Positions 1 through 11,447 of a DNA stretch of 64,000 nucleotides are shown piece after piece (within the stretch, counting starts at the first letter, position 1; every line of letters starts with the position of its first letter). The stretch covers positions 672,001-736,000 of the forward strand of contig OZ252149.1 of assembly GCA_965248755.1 (NCBI GenBank). The letters are read 5' to 3'. The stretch is from Candidatus Latescibacterota bacterium (lineage in GTDB: Bacteria > Latescibacterota > CBDEFO01). The notes beneath the pieces were generated by a model, which saw nothing but the letters and a program-made list of their open reading frames with translations, did not search any database and was not told the origin of the DNA. The translations under genes and the position numbers were made by a program.

Positions 1-3000
1 CTGGCACATCCATACAGGCTCATTTGCCATAACGGTGAGATTAATACTCTCAGAGGTAATGTCAACTGGATGACTGCACGCGAGCGTATGTTGTCCTCGA
101 GTCTCTTTGGAGAAGATATGGGTAAATTATCTCCAATCATTACGCCAGGTGCTAGCGATACCGCATCTTTTGACAATGCCTTGGAGTTGTTGTTGGCCAC
201 AGGCCGTTCTCTCCCGCATGCTCTCATGATGATGATTCCAGAGGCTACTGGGGAGCGTGTGGAAATATCACAAGAGAAGCGGGATTTTTATGAATACCAC
301 TCGTGCTTGATGGAACCTTGGGATGGCCCGGCTCTTATCGCTGCCACTGATGGTACCAGTATAGGTGTGGTGCTTGACCGGAATGGCCTTAGACCGTTTC
401 GGTATCTGGTGACCAAGGACGATTTGTTAGTTATGGCATCCGAAGTCGGTGTGTTAGAAATCGATCCTGACAACATCAAGTTCAAAGACAGAATTCATCC
501 CGGGAGAATGTTCCTTTTAGATACTAACCAAGCGAGGATTATCGGGGACGAGGAACTGAAATCTGATTTATCCAAGAGACAGCCTTATGGTCTATGGTTG
601 GAAGATAACAAGGTGACTCTGGATCAACTTCCAGAACCCGGCAGCCTTGAGAAAATAGATCCAACAGAACTGCAAAGTCTAAAAAGGGCCTTTGGTTACA
701 CTTTAGAGGATCTACAGATTATTATGGAGCCCATGGCCTTAACTGGATCCGAGCCAATTGGATCTATGGGGAATGACACGCCGTTGGCTGTGCTCTCCGT
801 AAGACCCCAGTTGCTTTATGGCTATTTCAAGCAGCTTTTCGCACAGGTTTCTAATCCACCTTTGGATGCCATCAGGGAGGAATTGGTCACTTCGCTTGAA
901 GCCTTTGTTGGGTCCGAACAGAATTTGTTTGAGGAAACTCCCAAGCACTGTCGTCAACTGAAACTCAAACAGCCTATCCTCACTGATACAGAACTCCAAA
1001 AAATAAGCAATATATCCCAAGAAGGCATTAAGTCCACCACGTGCCATACGTTATTTGACACCCAATTAGGGAATGGATCTTTGGAAATTGCCTTGGATGG
1101 ATTATGCAAACAGGTTTCTGATGCAGTTGATTCCGGGAGCAATATTATCGTTCTCTCAGATAGGGGAGTGGATGCTCGTTACGCTCCGATTCCAATACTT
1201 TTGGCCACTTCTGCAGTACACCACCACCTGATACGCCAAGGCAAACGGACCAAGGTTGGCCTCGTGGTGGAATCGGGTGAGCCGCGTGAGGTAATGCACT
1301 TCGCACTCCTGATTGGTTATGGAGCGGGAGCAGTCAATCCATACCTACCATTTGAGATTCTGAGGGAACAGATACCAAAAGATATGAATTCACATGGTGT
1401 CGATTCCTATGTGGCCGAAAAGAATTTTACAAAAGCAATAGCCAAGGGTGTTTTAAAGGTAATGTCCAAGATGGGTATTTCTACGGTCCAAAGTTACCGA
1501 GGCGCCCAAATATTTGAGGCTATAGGCCTTAGCCAAGAATTCATTGACCGCTATTTCACTTGGACATCTTCACGTATTGAAGGAGTAGGCATAGAAACCA
1601 TAGAAGAGGAATCAAGGAGGCGCCATTCATCAGGATACGGTGTCGGTTTGGTTTCAGGTTCTTTGGATATAGACCACGGAGGACTTTATCAATGGCGCCT
1701 CGATGGTGAGCACCACATGTATAACCCTGAGTCGATCACACTGTTACAACAGTCAACGCGGACGAATAATTATCAGACCTATAAGAGATTCTCGGAGTTG
1801 ATAGATCGACAGGACCGGGAATCTTCCACGCTCCGTGGGCTCTTGGACTTTAAACAACTAGACGAACCTATACCTATAGAAGAAGTAGAGCCTGCATCTG
1901 AGATTGTGAAGAGATTTGCTACTGGTGCTATCTCTCTAGGGGCTATTAGCCGTGAAGCACACGAAACGTTGGCTATTGCAACAAACCGTATTGGAGCCAA
2001 GAGTAACACTGGAGAGGGTGGTGAAGACTATCGTAGGTTTGCTCAAGACAAAAATGGTGACTTCCGCAACAGTTTCATAAAACAAGTTGCCTCGGGACGT
2101 TTTGGTGTTACGACAAACTATCTGGTGAACGCGACAGATCTCCAGATAAAAATGGCACAGGGTTCTAAGCCAGGAGAGGGTGGGCAGCTGCCAGGTCATA
2201 AGGTTGACGAATACATAGGGTGGATTCGTCACACTACACCAGGGGTAGAATTAATATCACCACCCCCTCACCATGATATATATTCTATCGAGGATTTAGC
2301 TCAGTTGATTCATGACCTTAAAAATGTCAATCCAAAGGCTAGAATACATGTCAAGTTGGTTGCAGAAGTCGGAGTTGGAATAATTGCTGCTGGTGTTTCA
2401 AAAGGCCATGGTGATGTGGTGCTAATAAGTGGAGACAGTGGTGGAACCGGGGCTTCCCCTGAATCATCTGTAAAGCATGCAGGCCTTCCTTGGGAACTGG
2501 GACTTGCCGAAACCCAGCAGGTATTGTTAATGAATGATTTACGTGGGCGTATCGTCGTGCAGACTGACGGCCAGCTGAAAACTGGGCGTGACGTGGCTGT
2601 CGCATGTTTGCTGGGAGCAGAAGAGTTTGGCTTTGCAACTGCCCCTTTGGTTACACTAGGGTGCATTATGCTGAGGAAGTGTCATCTCAATACTTGTTCG
2701 GTCGGCATTGCTACTCAAGACCCGGAATTGAGAAAGAAATTTGCAGGGAAGCCGGAATACGTTATTAATTACTTTTTCTTCGTTGCAGAGCATTTGAGAG
2801 AAATAATGTCCCAGCTGGGATTTCGCAGTGTTAACGAAATGGTGGGGCGAATGGACATGCTTGAGCCCTACAAGGCCATTGAGCACTGGAAAGGTAGAGG
2901 ATTAGATCTTTCGCCAATGTTACAGCTCCCAGATGTTCCTAACGGCACTGCCATGTACTGCCAAACGGAACAGGATCATGGACTTACAGATGCCTTGGAC

Positions 3001-3813
3001 CACGAGATTATTGAGAAGGCCAGTGTGGCTTTGGATAAAAAAGAACCGGTTCAAATACAATTACCTATTCGTAACTCTAACAGGGTTGTTGGCACTATGC
3101 TAAGCGGGAAGATAGCTGAGCGTTATGGAGAGGAAGGATTGCCGGATGACACTATAAACTGCTCCTTCAAGGGGTCTGCTGGGCAAAGCTTTGGGGCATT
3201 TCTCGCCAATGGTGTTTCCATGACTGTAGAAGGAGATGCTAACGATTATTTTGCTAAAGGGATGTCCGGTGGACGAATTGTAATCTACCCACCTCGTGAA
3301 TCAACGTTTGTTCCTGAGGACACCACTATAGTAGGTAATGTGGTTTTGTATGGTGCCACCGGTGGGAAGGTATTTATTAGGGGTCTTGCAGGAGAGAGAT
3401 TCGCCGTCCGTAATAGTGGAGCTATTGTAGTAGTCGAGGGAGTGGGAGACCATGGTTGTGAGTACATGACGGGTGGTATAGTGGTAGTTCTTGGTGACAC
3501 AGGGCGCAATTTTGCTGCCGGGATGAGTGGTGGGATATCTTACGTTCTTGATGAAGGTGGCAACTTTGCTAGCCGTTGCAATCTGGATATGGTTGGGTTG
3601 GATTCAGTTTCTGAAGAGGAAGACAAAATCCTTTTACGGAAGTTGATAGAGGAGCATTCGTATTATTCTGAGAGTCTCAGTGCCAAAAGAGTACTTGATT
3701 CTTGGGATGAAATACTACCAAAGTTTGTGAAAGTGATGCCGCATGACTATAGGCGGATACTAGATGAGCGTGCGCAAAACGGTCTGGCTAAGGAAGCTGT
3801 GAATATTGGGTAA
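1..3813 (+). CDS. gltB: Glutamate synthase large subunit (5'-truncated by window edge)
   Basis: Frame is open from base 1 ([20 protein letters not shown]). Motifs [33 protein letters not shown], the 3Fe-4S motif [12 protein letters not shown] and a C-terminal GXGXG domain are present. Confidence 0.98.
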   Translation: MAHPYRLICHNGEINTLRGNVNWMTARERMLSSSLFGEDMGKLSPIITPGASDTASFDNALELLLATGRSLPHALMMMIPEATGERVEISQEKRDFYEYHSCLMEPWDGPALIAATDGTSIGVVLDRNGLRPFRYLVTKDDLLVMASEVGVLEIDPDNIKFKDRIHPGRMFLLDTNQARIIGDEELKSDLSKRQPYGLWLEDNKVTLDQLPEPGSLEKIDPTELQSLKRAFGYTLEDLQIIMEPMALTGSEPIGSMGNDTPLAVLSVRPQLLYGYFKQLFAQVSNPPLDAIREELVTSLEAFVGSEQNLFEETPKHCRQLKLKQPILTDTELQKISNISQEGIKSTTCHTLFDTQLGNGSLEIALDGLCKQVSDAVDSGSNIIVLSDRGVDARYAPIPILLATSAVHHHLIRQGKRTKVGLVVESGEPREVMHFALLIGYGAGAVNPYLPFEILREQIPKDMNSHGVDSYVAEKNFTKAIAKGVLKVMSKMGISTVQSYRGAQIFEAIGLSQEFIDRYFTWTSSRIEGVGIETIEEESRRRHSSGYGVGLVSGSLDIDHGGLYQWRLDGEHHMYNPESITLLQQSTRTNNYQTYKRFSELIDRQDRESSTLRGLLDFKQLDEPIPIEEVEPASEIVKRFATGAISLGAISREAHETLAIATNRIGAKSNTGEGGEDYRRFAQDKNGDFRNSFIKQVASGRFGVTTNYLVNATDLQIKMAQGSKPGEGGQLPGHKVDEYIGWIRHTTPGVELISPPPHHDIYSIEDLAQLIHDLKNVNPKARIHVKLVAEVGVGIIAAGVSKGHGDVVLISGDSGGTGASPESSVKHAGLPWELGLAETQQVLLMNDLRGRIVVQTDGQLKTGRDVAVACLLGAEEFGFATAPLVTLGCIMLRKCHLNTCSVGIATQDPELRKKFAGKPEYVINYFFFVAEHLREIMSQLGFRSVNEMVGRMDMLEPYKAIEHWKGRGLDLSPMLQLPDVPNGTAMYCQTEQDHGLTDALDHEIIEKASVALDKKEPVQIQLPIRNSNRVVGTMLSGKIAERYGEEGLPDDTINCSFKGSAGQSFGAFLANGVSMTVEGDANDYFAKGMSGGRIVIYPPRESTFVPEDTTIVGNVVLYGATGGKVFIRGLAGERFAVRNSGAIVVVEGVGDHGCEYMTGGIVVVLGDTGRNFAAGMSGGISYVLDEGGNFASRCNLDMVGLDSVSEEEDKILLRKLIEEHSYYSESLSAKRVLDSWDEILPKFVKVMPHDYRRILDERAQNGLAKEAVNIG

Positions 3814-5257
3814 ACCTACAGGGTTTATAGAATTTCAAAGGAAGCCACCTGACAGACTCTCAGTCCAGGATCGTCTTAAGGACTCAAGGGAGATCTATCT
3901 AGAGTGGTCGGACCAAGATGCTCAGAGGCAGGGCGCTCGCTGTATGGACTGTGCGGTGCCGTTTTGTCACATGGGATGCCCGTTAGGAAATTTGATCCCG
4001 GAATGGAATCACCTGGTGTACACCGAGCAATGGAGGATGGCTCTAGAAAGATTGCATGCAACGAACAACTTCCCTGAGTTTACCGGGCGTATCTGTCCGG
4101 CCCCTTGTGAGCCGGCGTGTGTGCTATCCATAAACCAAGACCCTGTCACTATTGAATACATAGAGAAGGCCATAGTGGACAAGGGTTTCAAGGAAGGGTG
4201 GATAAAACCAGAACTCCCTGCGTATCGTACTGGTAAACGGGTCGCGGTGATTGGTTCTGGCCCTGCGGGTTTGGCTGCGTCCCAGCAGTTAAATAGAGCG
4301 GGTCATCTAGTAACCCTTTTTGAGCGGAGCGAGTCTATTGGAGGATTGCTTCGCTTGGGCATACCAGACTTCAAACTGGAGAAACAACTCGTACAACGCA
4401 GGGTGGATCTCATGGCGGAAGAAGGGGTAGTATTCAAGACAGGTGTGGAGGTGGGTGTTGGAATTTCTATTGGGGAATTAAGAAAAGAGTTTGACGCCGT
4501 CTGTGTGGCTATAGGTTCATGTGAGGCTCGAGAACTTCCTGTACCTGGACGTGAACTTGAAGGTATACACCTGGCAATGGAGTACCTGACTCAGCAGAAT
4601 CGTCGTATTGCTAGCCATTCTGTGAATTCATCGGAAACTATTACTGCGGAGGGTAAGCGGGTTATTATACTGGGAGGTGGTGATACAGGAGCTGACTGCT
4701 TAGGGACGGCACATCGTCAGGGAGCAGAGGTTATATATCAGATGGAATTATTGCCTCAACCGCCCGGGGATAGGGGGCCTGAGAATCCATGGCCTCAATG
4801 GCCACAGATTTTACGTACATCTCCAGCTCACGAGGAAGGCGGGGTGCGGGATTACAATGTCCTTACGAAGAATTTCTCTGGCAAGAATGGTAGGGTCGAG
4901 GAGCTCAATGCAGTACGTGTAGAATGGGAACAACCAGACGAATCTGGTAGGCCTGTGATGCACGAAGTTCCAGGGAGTGAATTTTCCATTGGTGTAGATT
5001 TAGTCCTGCTCGCCATGGGGTTTGTACATCCAGAGCACCAAGGGCTCGTTACTGATTTGGGGGTTGAGTTGGATAGTCGAGGGAATATAGTGACTAACCC
5101 TGAAAGAGCTACCAGCGTGCCCGGGATATTTGCTGCCGGAGACTCAACCAGAGGTGCTTCATTGGTGGTTTGGGCCATCGCGGAGGGTCGCCAGGTGGCT
5201 TACGGTATAGACAAGTATCTGATGGGGCATTCCAACCTGCCTTCGGTGCCTGTTTAG
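3806..5257 (+). CDS. gltD: Glutamate synthase small subunit
   Basis: MGKPTGF start, [15 protein letters not shown] and GRICPAPCE Fe-S motifs, GSGPAG FAD motif; overlaps the gltB stop. Confidence 0.97.
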   Translation: MGKPTGFIEFQRKPPDRLSVQDRLKDSREIYLEWSDQDAQRQGARCMDCAVPFCHMGCPLGNLIPEWNHLVYTEQWRMALERLHATNNFPEFTGRICPAPCEPACVLSINQDPVTIEYIEKAIVDKGFKEGWIKPELPAYRTGKRVAVIGSGPAGLAASQQLNRAGHLVTLFERSESIGGLLRLGIPDFKLEKQLVQRRVDLMAEEGVVFKTGVEVGVGISIGELRKEFDAVCVAIGSCEARELPVPGRELEGIHLAMEYLTQQNRRIASHSVNSSETITAEGKRVIILGGGDTGADCLGTAHRQGAEVIYQMELLPQPPGDRGPENPWPQWPQILRTSPAHEEGGVRDYNVLTKNFSGKNGRVEELNAVRVEWEQPDESGRPVMHEVPGSEFSIGVDLVLLAMGFVHPEHQGLVTDLGVELDSRGNIVTNPERATSVPGIFAAGDSTRGASLVVWAIAEGRQVAYGIDKYLMGHSNLPSVPV

Positions 5258-5393
5258 ATACACAACAGGGCTTGTGTGGAAACTTATCTGATTGGTGATT
5301 GGGTTCTGGTTGACCAATTATTGCTCATGACTGGATTTGGAAAGAAAGTCCTCTTTTCCTGCCGATCCAGAACCCGCCAGACCATAAGATGGC

Positions 5394-5462
5394 AAGCTTA
5401 ACCTTTTCCCCCTGATTCGGAAAGGGGAAGTTTAAGCTTTGCTAGAAGTTTAAGCTTTGCTA
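5394..5462 (+). terminator. Imperfect hairpin plus 18-bp tandem repeat downstream of gltD
   Basis: aagcttaaccttttcccc...ggggaagtttaagctt stem; gaagtttaagctttgcta occurs twice (5427-5444, 5445-5462). Confidence 0.4.
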
Positions 5463-5672
5463 AGACATAACAGTTCGCCCCAGCTTATGTATTGGTGGGG
5501 GCCAGCCACCGTGGGAGATCTGCTGGAGACAGATGCAACAGACCGCGAAGTCCCAGGGTAATTTGAGGCATTTTGAGGGCAGACACACGGGTCTGGACCT
5601 GAAGATGTGCGACCCACGACAAATTCTTGAAAATGCTGCCATTCCGAATCACAGAGCTTTTCCTCTTTTCAT

Positions 5673-5701
5673 TAGACTTTGGGCAAGAAATTTGCTAAAC
5701 T
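5673..5701 (+). promoter_or_regulatory. Candidate sigma70 promoter for the proteasome operon
   Basis: TAGACT, 17-nt spacer, TAAACT with an extended -10 TG, ~110 nt upstream of arc. Confidence 0.4.
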
Positions 5702-5809
5702 ATACCTTCGTTTAGGAAGTCTATAAGCTTAGTGACTTTTCTCTTTCTATTTTGCATCGTCGCTGTCTTCAAAGGCAATGCCTAAGATTTTGCCAAGGAT
5801 TCTTTCGTA

Positions 5810-7588
5810 ATGAACAATCCCAAAGATCCAAGACATCCAGATAGAGGCAAGGGCCAAAAGCCCTCAAGGAGTCGTATTGATAGAGAACCCGGAGAAGAAC
5901 CTGAGGACTTTTTCGCCGGTTATAACGAGGATTACGACGAAATCGCCGCCGATGCTCGGGCTTTGGCGCTAGTCGATAGAATGCTGCTGTCACTGGATGA
6001 GAAGGATAGAAGGAGGCATCTGCTCTATCAATTGAGAAGGCAGATAATTGAGGATGAGATGACGTTCCAGGAAGCGCGGCAGACAATCGTCGAGCTTGAG
6101 GGAGCCCTGGAGAAGGTGACCTCCCCCTCCAACAGAGTGGGGACATACCTGGGGTCTCCAAAGGAGGGCATAGCCTGCATCGTGGTGGGAGGCGCCGACT
6201 ACTACGCCAATGTCGACACCAGACTCGATATTTCGGAGTTGAAAGTAGGCACAAGAGTCCTTGTCAACGAGGCGTATGCAGTCGTAGGGGACCTCGGATA
6301 TAGCCCGTATGGCCCTATAGTCAAGGTTGTGGACGTTATATCTGATGACCGTCTCCAGGTAGGACAGGAACACGGACTTCAAAGTACGATATTATATAGA
6401 TCCTCAGATTTGCTCAATATTAATATAAAGGAGGGTGACCAGGTAAGAGTAGATCCCAGCTTCAGAGTCGCCTTAGAGCATATTGCCACCTCTCAATCTA
6501 AGGAATACTACCTGGAGCAAGTCCCTGAACTTCCATGGAGCAAGGTCGGGGGTCAGGACGAAGCGATAGGAGCGATAAAAGATGCTTTAGAGATGCCACT
6601 GCTCTATCCTGAACTTTTCCAAAAGTTCCAGTACGCCCCCCCCAAAGGCTTCCTTCTGCACGGCCCCCCAGGTTGCGGCAAGACCCTGATAGGAAAGGCT
6701 ACCGCCTATAACCTCGTGCGTCAGTTCAAAGAGGGTGGCGGCGATGGGGTGGAAGAATATTTCATGCACGTCAAGGGACCTGAGATCCTGAACATGTGGC
6801 TCGGTGAATCCGAGAGAATGGTAAGAGAAATATTCTCAATAGCCAGAGAAAAGCACAAAGAAGGCTATCTCCCTTTCATATTCATAGACGAGGCCGAGTC
6901 AGTACTCGGCACAAGGAGGGCTAACAGGACGCACAATATAGCCAATACGTTAGTGCCAATGTTCTGTGCGGAGATGGACGGAATAGAGTCACTTGCCGAG
7001 ATGGTGCTAATCCTTGCCACCAACAGACCAGATCTGATCGACCCTGCCATATTAAGACCCGGCAGGATAGACAGAAAGATTAAGGTCAAAAGACCCAGCC
7101 GAGAGGCGTCAAGGGAGATATTCCAAATCTACCTCACACCCGATCTTCCGATAGATCCCGAACTTTTGGAAAGATCCAATGGCGATGCGAGCGCCTCCCA
7201 AAGCTATCTGATCGATACAGCGATGGTGGAACTCTTTGCAAAAAGAGACGATACCAAACTCCTTGAGGTATCCCTGAGGAGCGGCAGGAGAGATATCCTA
7301 CACAGAGGGGATCTCGCAAGTGGAGCAATAATAGCCTCCATCGTGCAAAGAGCAAAAGAGTCCGCTATAAAAAGATCCATCGCCAACCAAAAGGACGAAG
7401 GCATATCGGAAAAGGACATCTTGACGGCAGTTGAAAGCGAATATAAAGAAAACGACATCTTCCCGCCGACGGATAATACAGAGGATTGGATGAAGTTGCT
7501 GGACTACAACCATGAGAACGTCGTCAAAGTGGTGCCTGTAAAGGATCGTGGCACAGACAAAAAGAAAATTGCAGGCAGAATCATATAG
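5810..7588 (+). CDS. arc: Proteasome-associated AAA+ ATPase (ARC/Mpa family)
   Basis: N-terminal coiled coil, OB-like region, Walker A GPPGCGKT, IKGPE-like VKGPEILNMWLGESE, Walker B FIFIDE, second-region motif LRPGRID; first gene of the Pup-like cluster. Confidence 0.95.
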   Translation: MNNPKDPRHPDRGKGQKPSRSRIDREPGEEPEDFFAGYNEDYDEIAADARALALVDRMLLSLDEKDRRRHLLYQLRRQIIEDEMTFQEARQTIVELEGALEKVTSPSNRVGTYLGSPKEGIACIVVGGADYYANVDTRLDISELKVGTRVLVNEAYAVVGDLGYSPYGPIVKVVDVISDDRLQVGQEHGLQSTILYRSSDLLNINIKEGDQVRVDPSFRVALEHIATSQSKEYYLEQVPELPWSKVGGQDEAIGAIKDALEMPLLYPELFQKFQYAPPKGFLLHGPPGCGKTLIGKATAYNLVRQFKEGGGDGVEEYFMHVKGPEILNMWLGESERMVREIFSIAREKHKEGYLPFIFIDEAESVLGTRRANRTHNIANTLVPMFCAEMDGIESLAEMVLILATNRPDLIDPAILRPGRIDRKIKVKRPSREASREIFQIYLTPDLPIDPELLERSNGDASASQSYLIDTAMVELFAKRDDTKLLEVSLRSGRRDILHRGDLASGAIIASIVQRAKESAIKRSIANQKDEGISEKDILTAVESEYKENDIFPPTDNTEDWMKLLDYNHENVVKVVPVKDRGTDKKKIAGRII

Positions 7589-7635
7589 AATCATATAAAG
7601 AGCGTAAAGAGCATACAGAAAGAGATCTACTAAGT

Positions 7636-7807
7636 GAGATTGCTGCGCATAGGCCTTGAGTCATTGCGAGAGCTGAAGCCCGGAAGCAACTTAATCTTAT
7701 GAGAAGATATAAGATTGCTTCGCCCACATGGTGGCTCTTGCCCCCGACTGAATCTATCGGGGGCTTGTTGCCTCTCCATCAAAGCGCTCACGCCGCCTGG
7801 CAATAAC
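7636..7807. repeat. REP-like GTCATTGCGAG/GAGATTGCTTCG palindromic element with an inserted 23-bp hairpin
   Basis: Similar to copies at 23329, 38233, 52841, 57137 and 61316. Hairpin cccccgactgaatctatcggggg at 7741-7763 is flanked by cttg on both sides. Confidence 0.8.
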
Positions 7808-7824
7808 GTCGCTGTGGTGATTAT

Positions 7825-9351
7825 ATGTTCAGAATGTTCGGAATAGAGACCGAGTACGGGGTCACCATCGATGGAGTTGATGAAATAGACCCTGTAAAAG
7901 AATCCATAGAGATTGTAAAAAGCTACAGACAAAACGACGTAGCAGATGTAAAATGGGATTACAGTATGGAGGACCCTCTAATAGACGTTAGGGGCTTTAG
8001 AGCCAAACAACTTCTGGAGGACCCGGACGAGAAAAAACACCAAAGGAGAGATTCAAAAAGGAATCTTTCTTTTAAGGAGATAAAAAGCGATCTTATACTG
8101 ATAAACGGGGCAAGGCTCTACAACGATCATGCGCACCCTGAGTACTCCACGCCCGAATGCACAGGGCTATTTGAACTTGTAGCCCACGATAAGGCGGGCG
8201 AGAGGATCCTTGAAGCATGCACAAAAAGGAGAAGCGAAAATCTGGACGGCAAAAGGGTAAGCCTCTACAAAAACAACACGGACTTTCACGGCCACAGCTA
8301 CGGATGCCACGACAACTACTTCATGCTTCGTAAAGTTCCGTTCGATTATTTGAAGGAACGCCTGATACCATTTTTCGTCACCCGCCAGATCTTCGCAGGA
8401 GCTGGAAAGGTGGGAACAGAATCGGAGTGCAGATCTGAACCCGGTCCTTTCCAGATAGCTCAAAGATCGGACTTTTTCATGGTAGAGACCAGCGTGGACA
8501 CTATGTACAAAAGGCCGATCATAAATACCAGAGATGAGCCACATGCCGACCCCACGAGGTTCAGGAGACTCCACGGAATCGTAGGCGACGCCAATATGTC
8601 AGAGTATTCGACAGCCCTCAAGATTGGAACAACTGTTTTGGTCCTGGACCTTATAGAGGAGGAACTAATCCAAAACGCTCCATCTTTGAGAAGACCAACC
8701 AAAGCTATTAAAGATATATCCAAAGATCAAAGCTTAAAGTGGATCGTGGAATTAGAAGATAAGAAGACTATATCGGCAGTGGACGTCCAAAGAGAGTACC
8801 TGAGCCTTGCCGAAAGACACCTGAAGGGAAGAGACCCTGAATACGATTGGGTCCTAAGAGAGTGGGAATTCGCCTTGAATACACTCGAGAGCGATCCGAT
8901 GAACCTAAAAGACAGACTCGATTGGCCCGCCAAGAAGTGGCTCCTTCAGACCTTTATACAAGAAGAGGGTCTGTCGTGGGAAGATCCGTGGGTTCAAAGT
9001 TTAGACCTTGAGTACCACAACATAGACAGACAAAGGGGGCTGTACTACGAGCTCTTAAGAGAGGGGATCATCAAGAAGCTCGTGCGGGATGAAGATGTCG
9101 AGAATTCCGTTCATTTCCCTCCTTCAAATACCAGAGCGTACTTCAGAGGCAAGTCACTGGATAAGTTCAGAGATGACATCAAGTCCATACAGTGGAACAG
9201 CATAGTATTCAGCAATGACGGAATGGAAATCTCAGTAAGTATGAACGATCTGATTGACAGTTGCTCGGTCAAGGCTTACAATAGGGCTGTGGACGACTCA
9301 ACGACGTCAACGGAGCTTTTGCACGCTATAAGGAGGCTAAAAAATGAGTAG
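7825..9351 (+). CDS. dop: Depupylase/deamidase Dop
   Basis: GIETEYG, NGARLYNDHAHPEYSTPEC, LYKNNTD..G.SYGCHDNY and RRLHGIVGDAN are Dop-type motifs. Confidence 0.93.
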   Translation: MFRMFGIETEYGVTIDGVDEIDPVKESIEIVKSYRQNDVADVKWDYSMEDPLIDVRGFRAKQLLEDPDEKKHQRRDSKRNLSFKEIKSDLILINGARLYNDHAHPEYSTPECTGLFELVAHDKAGERILEACTKRRSENLDGKRVSLYKNNTDFHGHSYGCHDNYFMLRKVPFDYLKERLIPFFVTRQIFAGAGKVGTESECRSEPGPFQIAQRSDFFMVETSVDTMYKRPIINTRDEPHADPTRFRRLHGIVGDANMSEYSTALKIGTTVLVLDLIEEELIQNAPSLRRPTKAIKDISKDQSLKWIVELEDKKTISAVDVQREYLSLAERHLKGRDPEYDWVLREWEFALNTLESDPMNLKDRLDWPAKKWLLQTFIQEEGLSWEDPWVQSLDLEYHNIDRQRGLYYELLREGIIKKLVRDEDVENSVHFPPSNTRAYFRGKSLDKFRDDIKSIQWNSIVFSNDGMEISVSMNDLIDSCSVKAYNRAVDDSTTSTELLHAIRRLKNE

Positions 9352-9544
9352 ATTTTTCTATAAAAGCACAGAACTCAGGGACAGAATACCCAGACCCGTC
9401 GATCCCTGGGATAAGAAAGAGGGCCAGGATGAAGGCCCATCGAGACCGAAGGTGGACAGACCAGATACAAGAGAGCTGCTCAAAAGGATGAGAAGGGTCG
9501 ATCCTAATCAGTCGAAGAGATACAGACAGAGAACGGGCGAGTAG
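9344..9544 (+). CDS. ubact: Prokaryotic ubiquitin-like protein UBact
   Basis: 66-aa hydrophilic protein between dop and prcB. It ends ELLKRMRRVDP...RYRQRTGE, the R[T/S]G[E/Q] C-terminus of UBact rather than the GG[Q/E] of Pup. AGGAGG RBS present. Confidence 0.92.
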   Translation: MSRFFYKSTELRDRIPRPVDPWDKKEGQDEGPSRPKVDRPDTRELLKRMRRVDPNQSKRYRQRTGE

Positions 9545-9547
9545 TAA

Positions 9548-10369
9548 ATGGATTATAAGGGCGACTTTTTAAGCCTGATAGAAGATCAAGGAAACAAATC
9601 GGAGAGCAAGGAAAGGACTCTGCGCCTTCCTTCAAGAGAGGAGGGGTTATCAGAAGGTTCTCTTCCCTTTTCGACAGAAGGGACCACGATCTTGGCTGTC
9701 AGATACAAAGATGGAGTCGTCGTAGCGGGAGATCGCAGAGCCACATCTGGCACGTCAGTGGTCTACGACCGGGCGGATAAGGTCATAGACATAGATGAGT
9801 ACTCCGTGATGGCGATCTCAGGCTCTCCCGCAATGGCTTTTGAGATAGCAAGGACCCTGGAACACTCGTTTAAGTACTACAGGAGGAGTCAACTTCAGGA
9901 AATGAGTTTAGAAGGTAAACTCAGAACTCTGTCAAGGCTGATAAGGGATAACCTCCCCTTAGCTCTACAGGGCATCGGGGCAGTCATACCGATATTTGCG
10001 GCGTTCGATCTCTATCAAGGGGAAGAGGGCGAAGGTAGGATATACTTCTACGACGGTCTTGGGGCGCAGTTCGAGTGCGCCGATTTTTCCACGTCTGGTT
10101 CAGGTTCTCTTGGGATCAGAGGTGCCCTGTATTATCTTAATAGATGGGGCGAAAAGCCCTTTGTGGATATGACCAGGGACGAATCTATAACCTTAGTTTT
10201 AAGGATGCTCGATTCGGCCTCCGAATACGACACAGCCACGGGCGGATATAACAAAAAATCCAATATCTTTCCTCTTGTTAAATCTATAAGCAAAGACGGA
10301 ATACAGGAAATATCCGCAGGAGACTTGGAGAGGACGTACAGCCAGAATGTGGAGATACAAAACAAGTAG
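9548..10369 (+). CDS. prcB: 20S proteasome beta subunit
   Basis: Propeptide followed by G|TTILAVRYKDGVVVAGDRRAT (catalytic Thr1); GSGS motif. Confidence 0.95.
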   Translation: MDYKGDFLSLIEDQGNKSESKERTLRLPSREEGLSEGSLPFSTEGTTILAVRYKDGVVVAGDRRATSGTSVVYDRADKVIDIDEYSVMAISGSPAMAFEIARTLEHSFKYYRRSQLQEMSLEGKLRTLSRLIRDNLPLALQGIGAVIPIFAAFDLYQGEEGEGRIYFYDGLGAQFECADFSTSGSGSLGIRGALYYLNRWGEKPFVDMTRDESITLVLRMLDSASEYDTATGGYNKKSNIFPLVKSISKDGIQEISAGDLERTYSQNVEIQNK

Positions 10370-10428
10370 GTAGCAAACAGTAGACAGCATACAGGGAGGG
10401 TGAGGTGCCCTGACTACTGTCTACTTTC
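10366..10428. repeat. GTAGACA heptamer-based palindromic repeat
   Basis: agtagacagcatacaggg...ccctgactactgtctact hairpin; related copies at 11237, 18456, 36141, 50467 and 51768. Confidence 0.7.
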
Positions 10429-10444
10429 TTTTGGGAGACGATGG

Positions 10445-11248
10445 ATGTTCGATGAGCCCTACAGATGGGTCGAGGCAATCTCAAATCGCAGAGAATATAT
10501 AGAAGATCAGTTGAGACTTGGCAACCCCGTCGTTGGTCTAGCTTATGACGACGGGGCTTTATTGTTGACAGTAACGACAGGACAGAGAAAACTCTTTGAG
10601 ATACACGATACGATAGCCTTTTCGGCTCTCGGGCATCCTGCTGATATCGAAAGGCTCAGGATCGTGGCTATAGACCAGGCTCACGTTGAAGGATTCACCA
10701 GGTCAGCCGATGATGTATCTTCGCACAGGCTCGTAAACTTCATAATAGCCCCCATAATTAAGCAGGCTTTCGATGAGATATTCAGGTCCCCTTATATAGC
10801 CAAGATATTCATAGCGGAACTTGAATCGATAGACAAAAACGTTCAGTTTTACTCCATAAACTACGACGGTTCTTTCCAAAGCGGAGGTGGCTTTAAGGCC
10901 CTGGCAGGCACAGAGGATGCCGAAAGCGATATGAGCAGATTCCTCTCTGATATCAGCACGGATAAGCTGAGCTTGGGCGATGCGTTGGATGGGGCGTTGA
11001 AGGCATGGGCCCTCGGGAGGATAAAGAGCCTATCCACAGATGAGTCAGCAGAAGATTCAAGCGATTCGAAAGATGTGGACATCGAAGAATTCCTCAGAAA
11101 GGAATTCCAAAACGGCTCTTTGGAAGCAGCCGTGCTGGAAAGATCAACGCAGAGAGAGAGCAAATTTAGGTTCTTATCAAAAGAGGAAGTTGAACCGTTA
11201 GAGTCCAAATACGCCCGAAGTAATCAGACAGCTAAAAGTAGAGAGTAG
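10445..11248 (+). CDS. prcA: 20S proteasome alpha subunit
   Basis: MFDEPYRWVEAI..RREYI start and RKLFEIHDTIAFSALG, actinobacterial/UBact-type alpha subunit; follows prcB. Start trimmed from 10400 because the extension is repeat DNA. Confidence 0.92.
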   Translation: MFDEPYRWVEAISNRREYIEDQLRLGNPVVGLAYDDGALLLTVTTGQRKLFEIHDTIAFSALGHPADIERLRIVAIDQAHVEGFTRSADDVSSHRLVNFIIAPIIKQAFDEIFRSPYIAKIFIAELESIDKNVQFYSINYDGSFQSGGGFKALAGTEDAESDMSRFLSDISTDKLSLGDALDGALKAWALGRIKSLSTDESAEDSSDSKDVDIEEFLRKEFQNGSLEAAVLERSTQRESKFRFLSKEEVEPLESKYARSNQTAKSRE

Positions 11249-11283
11249 ACAGGGGCAAACTGGCTTCCTGTATGCTGACTACC
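11237..11283. repeat. GTAGACA heptamer-based palindromic repeat (possible terminator or stabiliser)
   Basis: agtagagagtagacagggg...cctgtatgctgactacc immediately at the prcA stop. Confidence 0.6.
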
Positions 11284-11330
11284 GGCTAATTATCTAAGTT
11301 GTCTACGCAATTACTCTCTAATTCCATTTT

Positions 11331-11447
11331 AAATCAATGATCAAAAGAATATACGGACTTGAGACCGAATATGGATGTTTAGGCAAGGACGATATGTCCT
11401 TCGGCGCAGTTTCACGGAGTTCGCAGAGGCAGATTAATCTACGTTGA
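11331..11447 (+). pseudogene. pafA: Truncated duplicate of the pafA 5' end
   Basis: 11331-11407 matches 13280-13356 at 72/77 nt, with the first 41 nt identical. It encodes MIKRIYGLETEYGCLGKDDMSFGA, then unrelated sequence and TGA at 11445-11447. Confidence 0.9.

Noticed and set aside
9344..9544. Actinobacterial Pup
   Set aside because: The C-terminus is RTGE, not GGQ/GGE.
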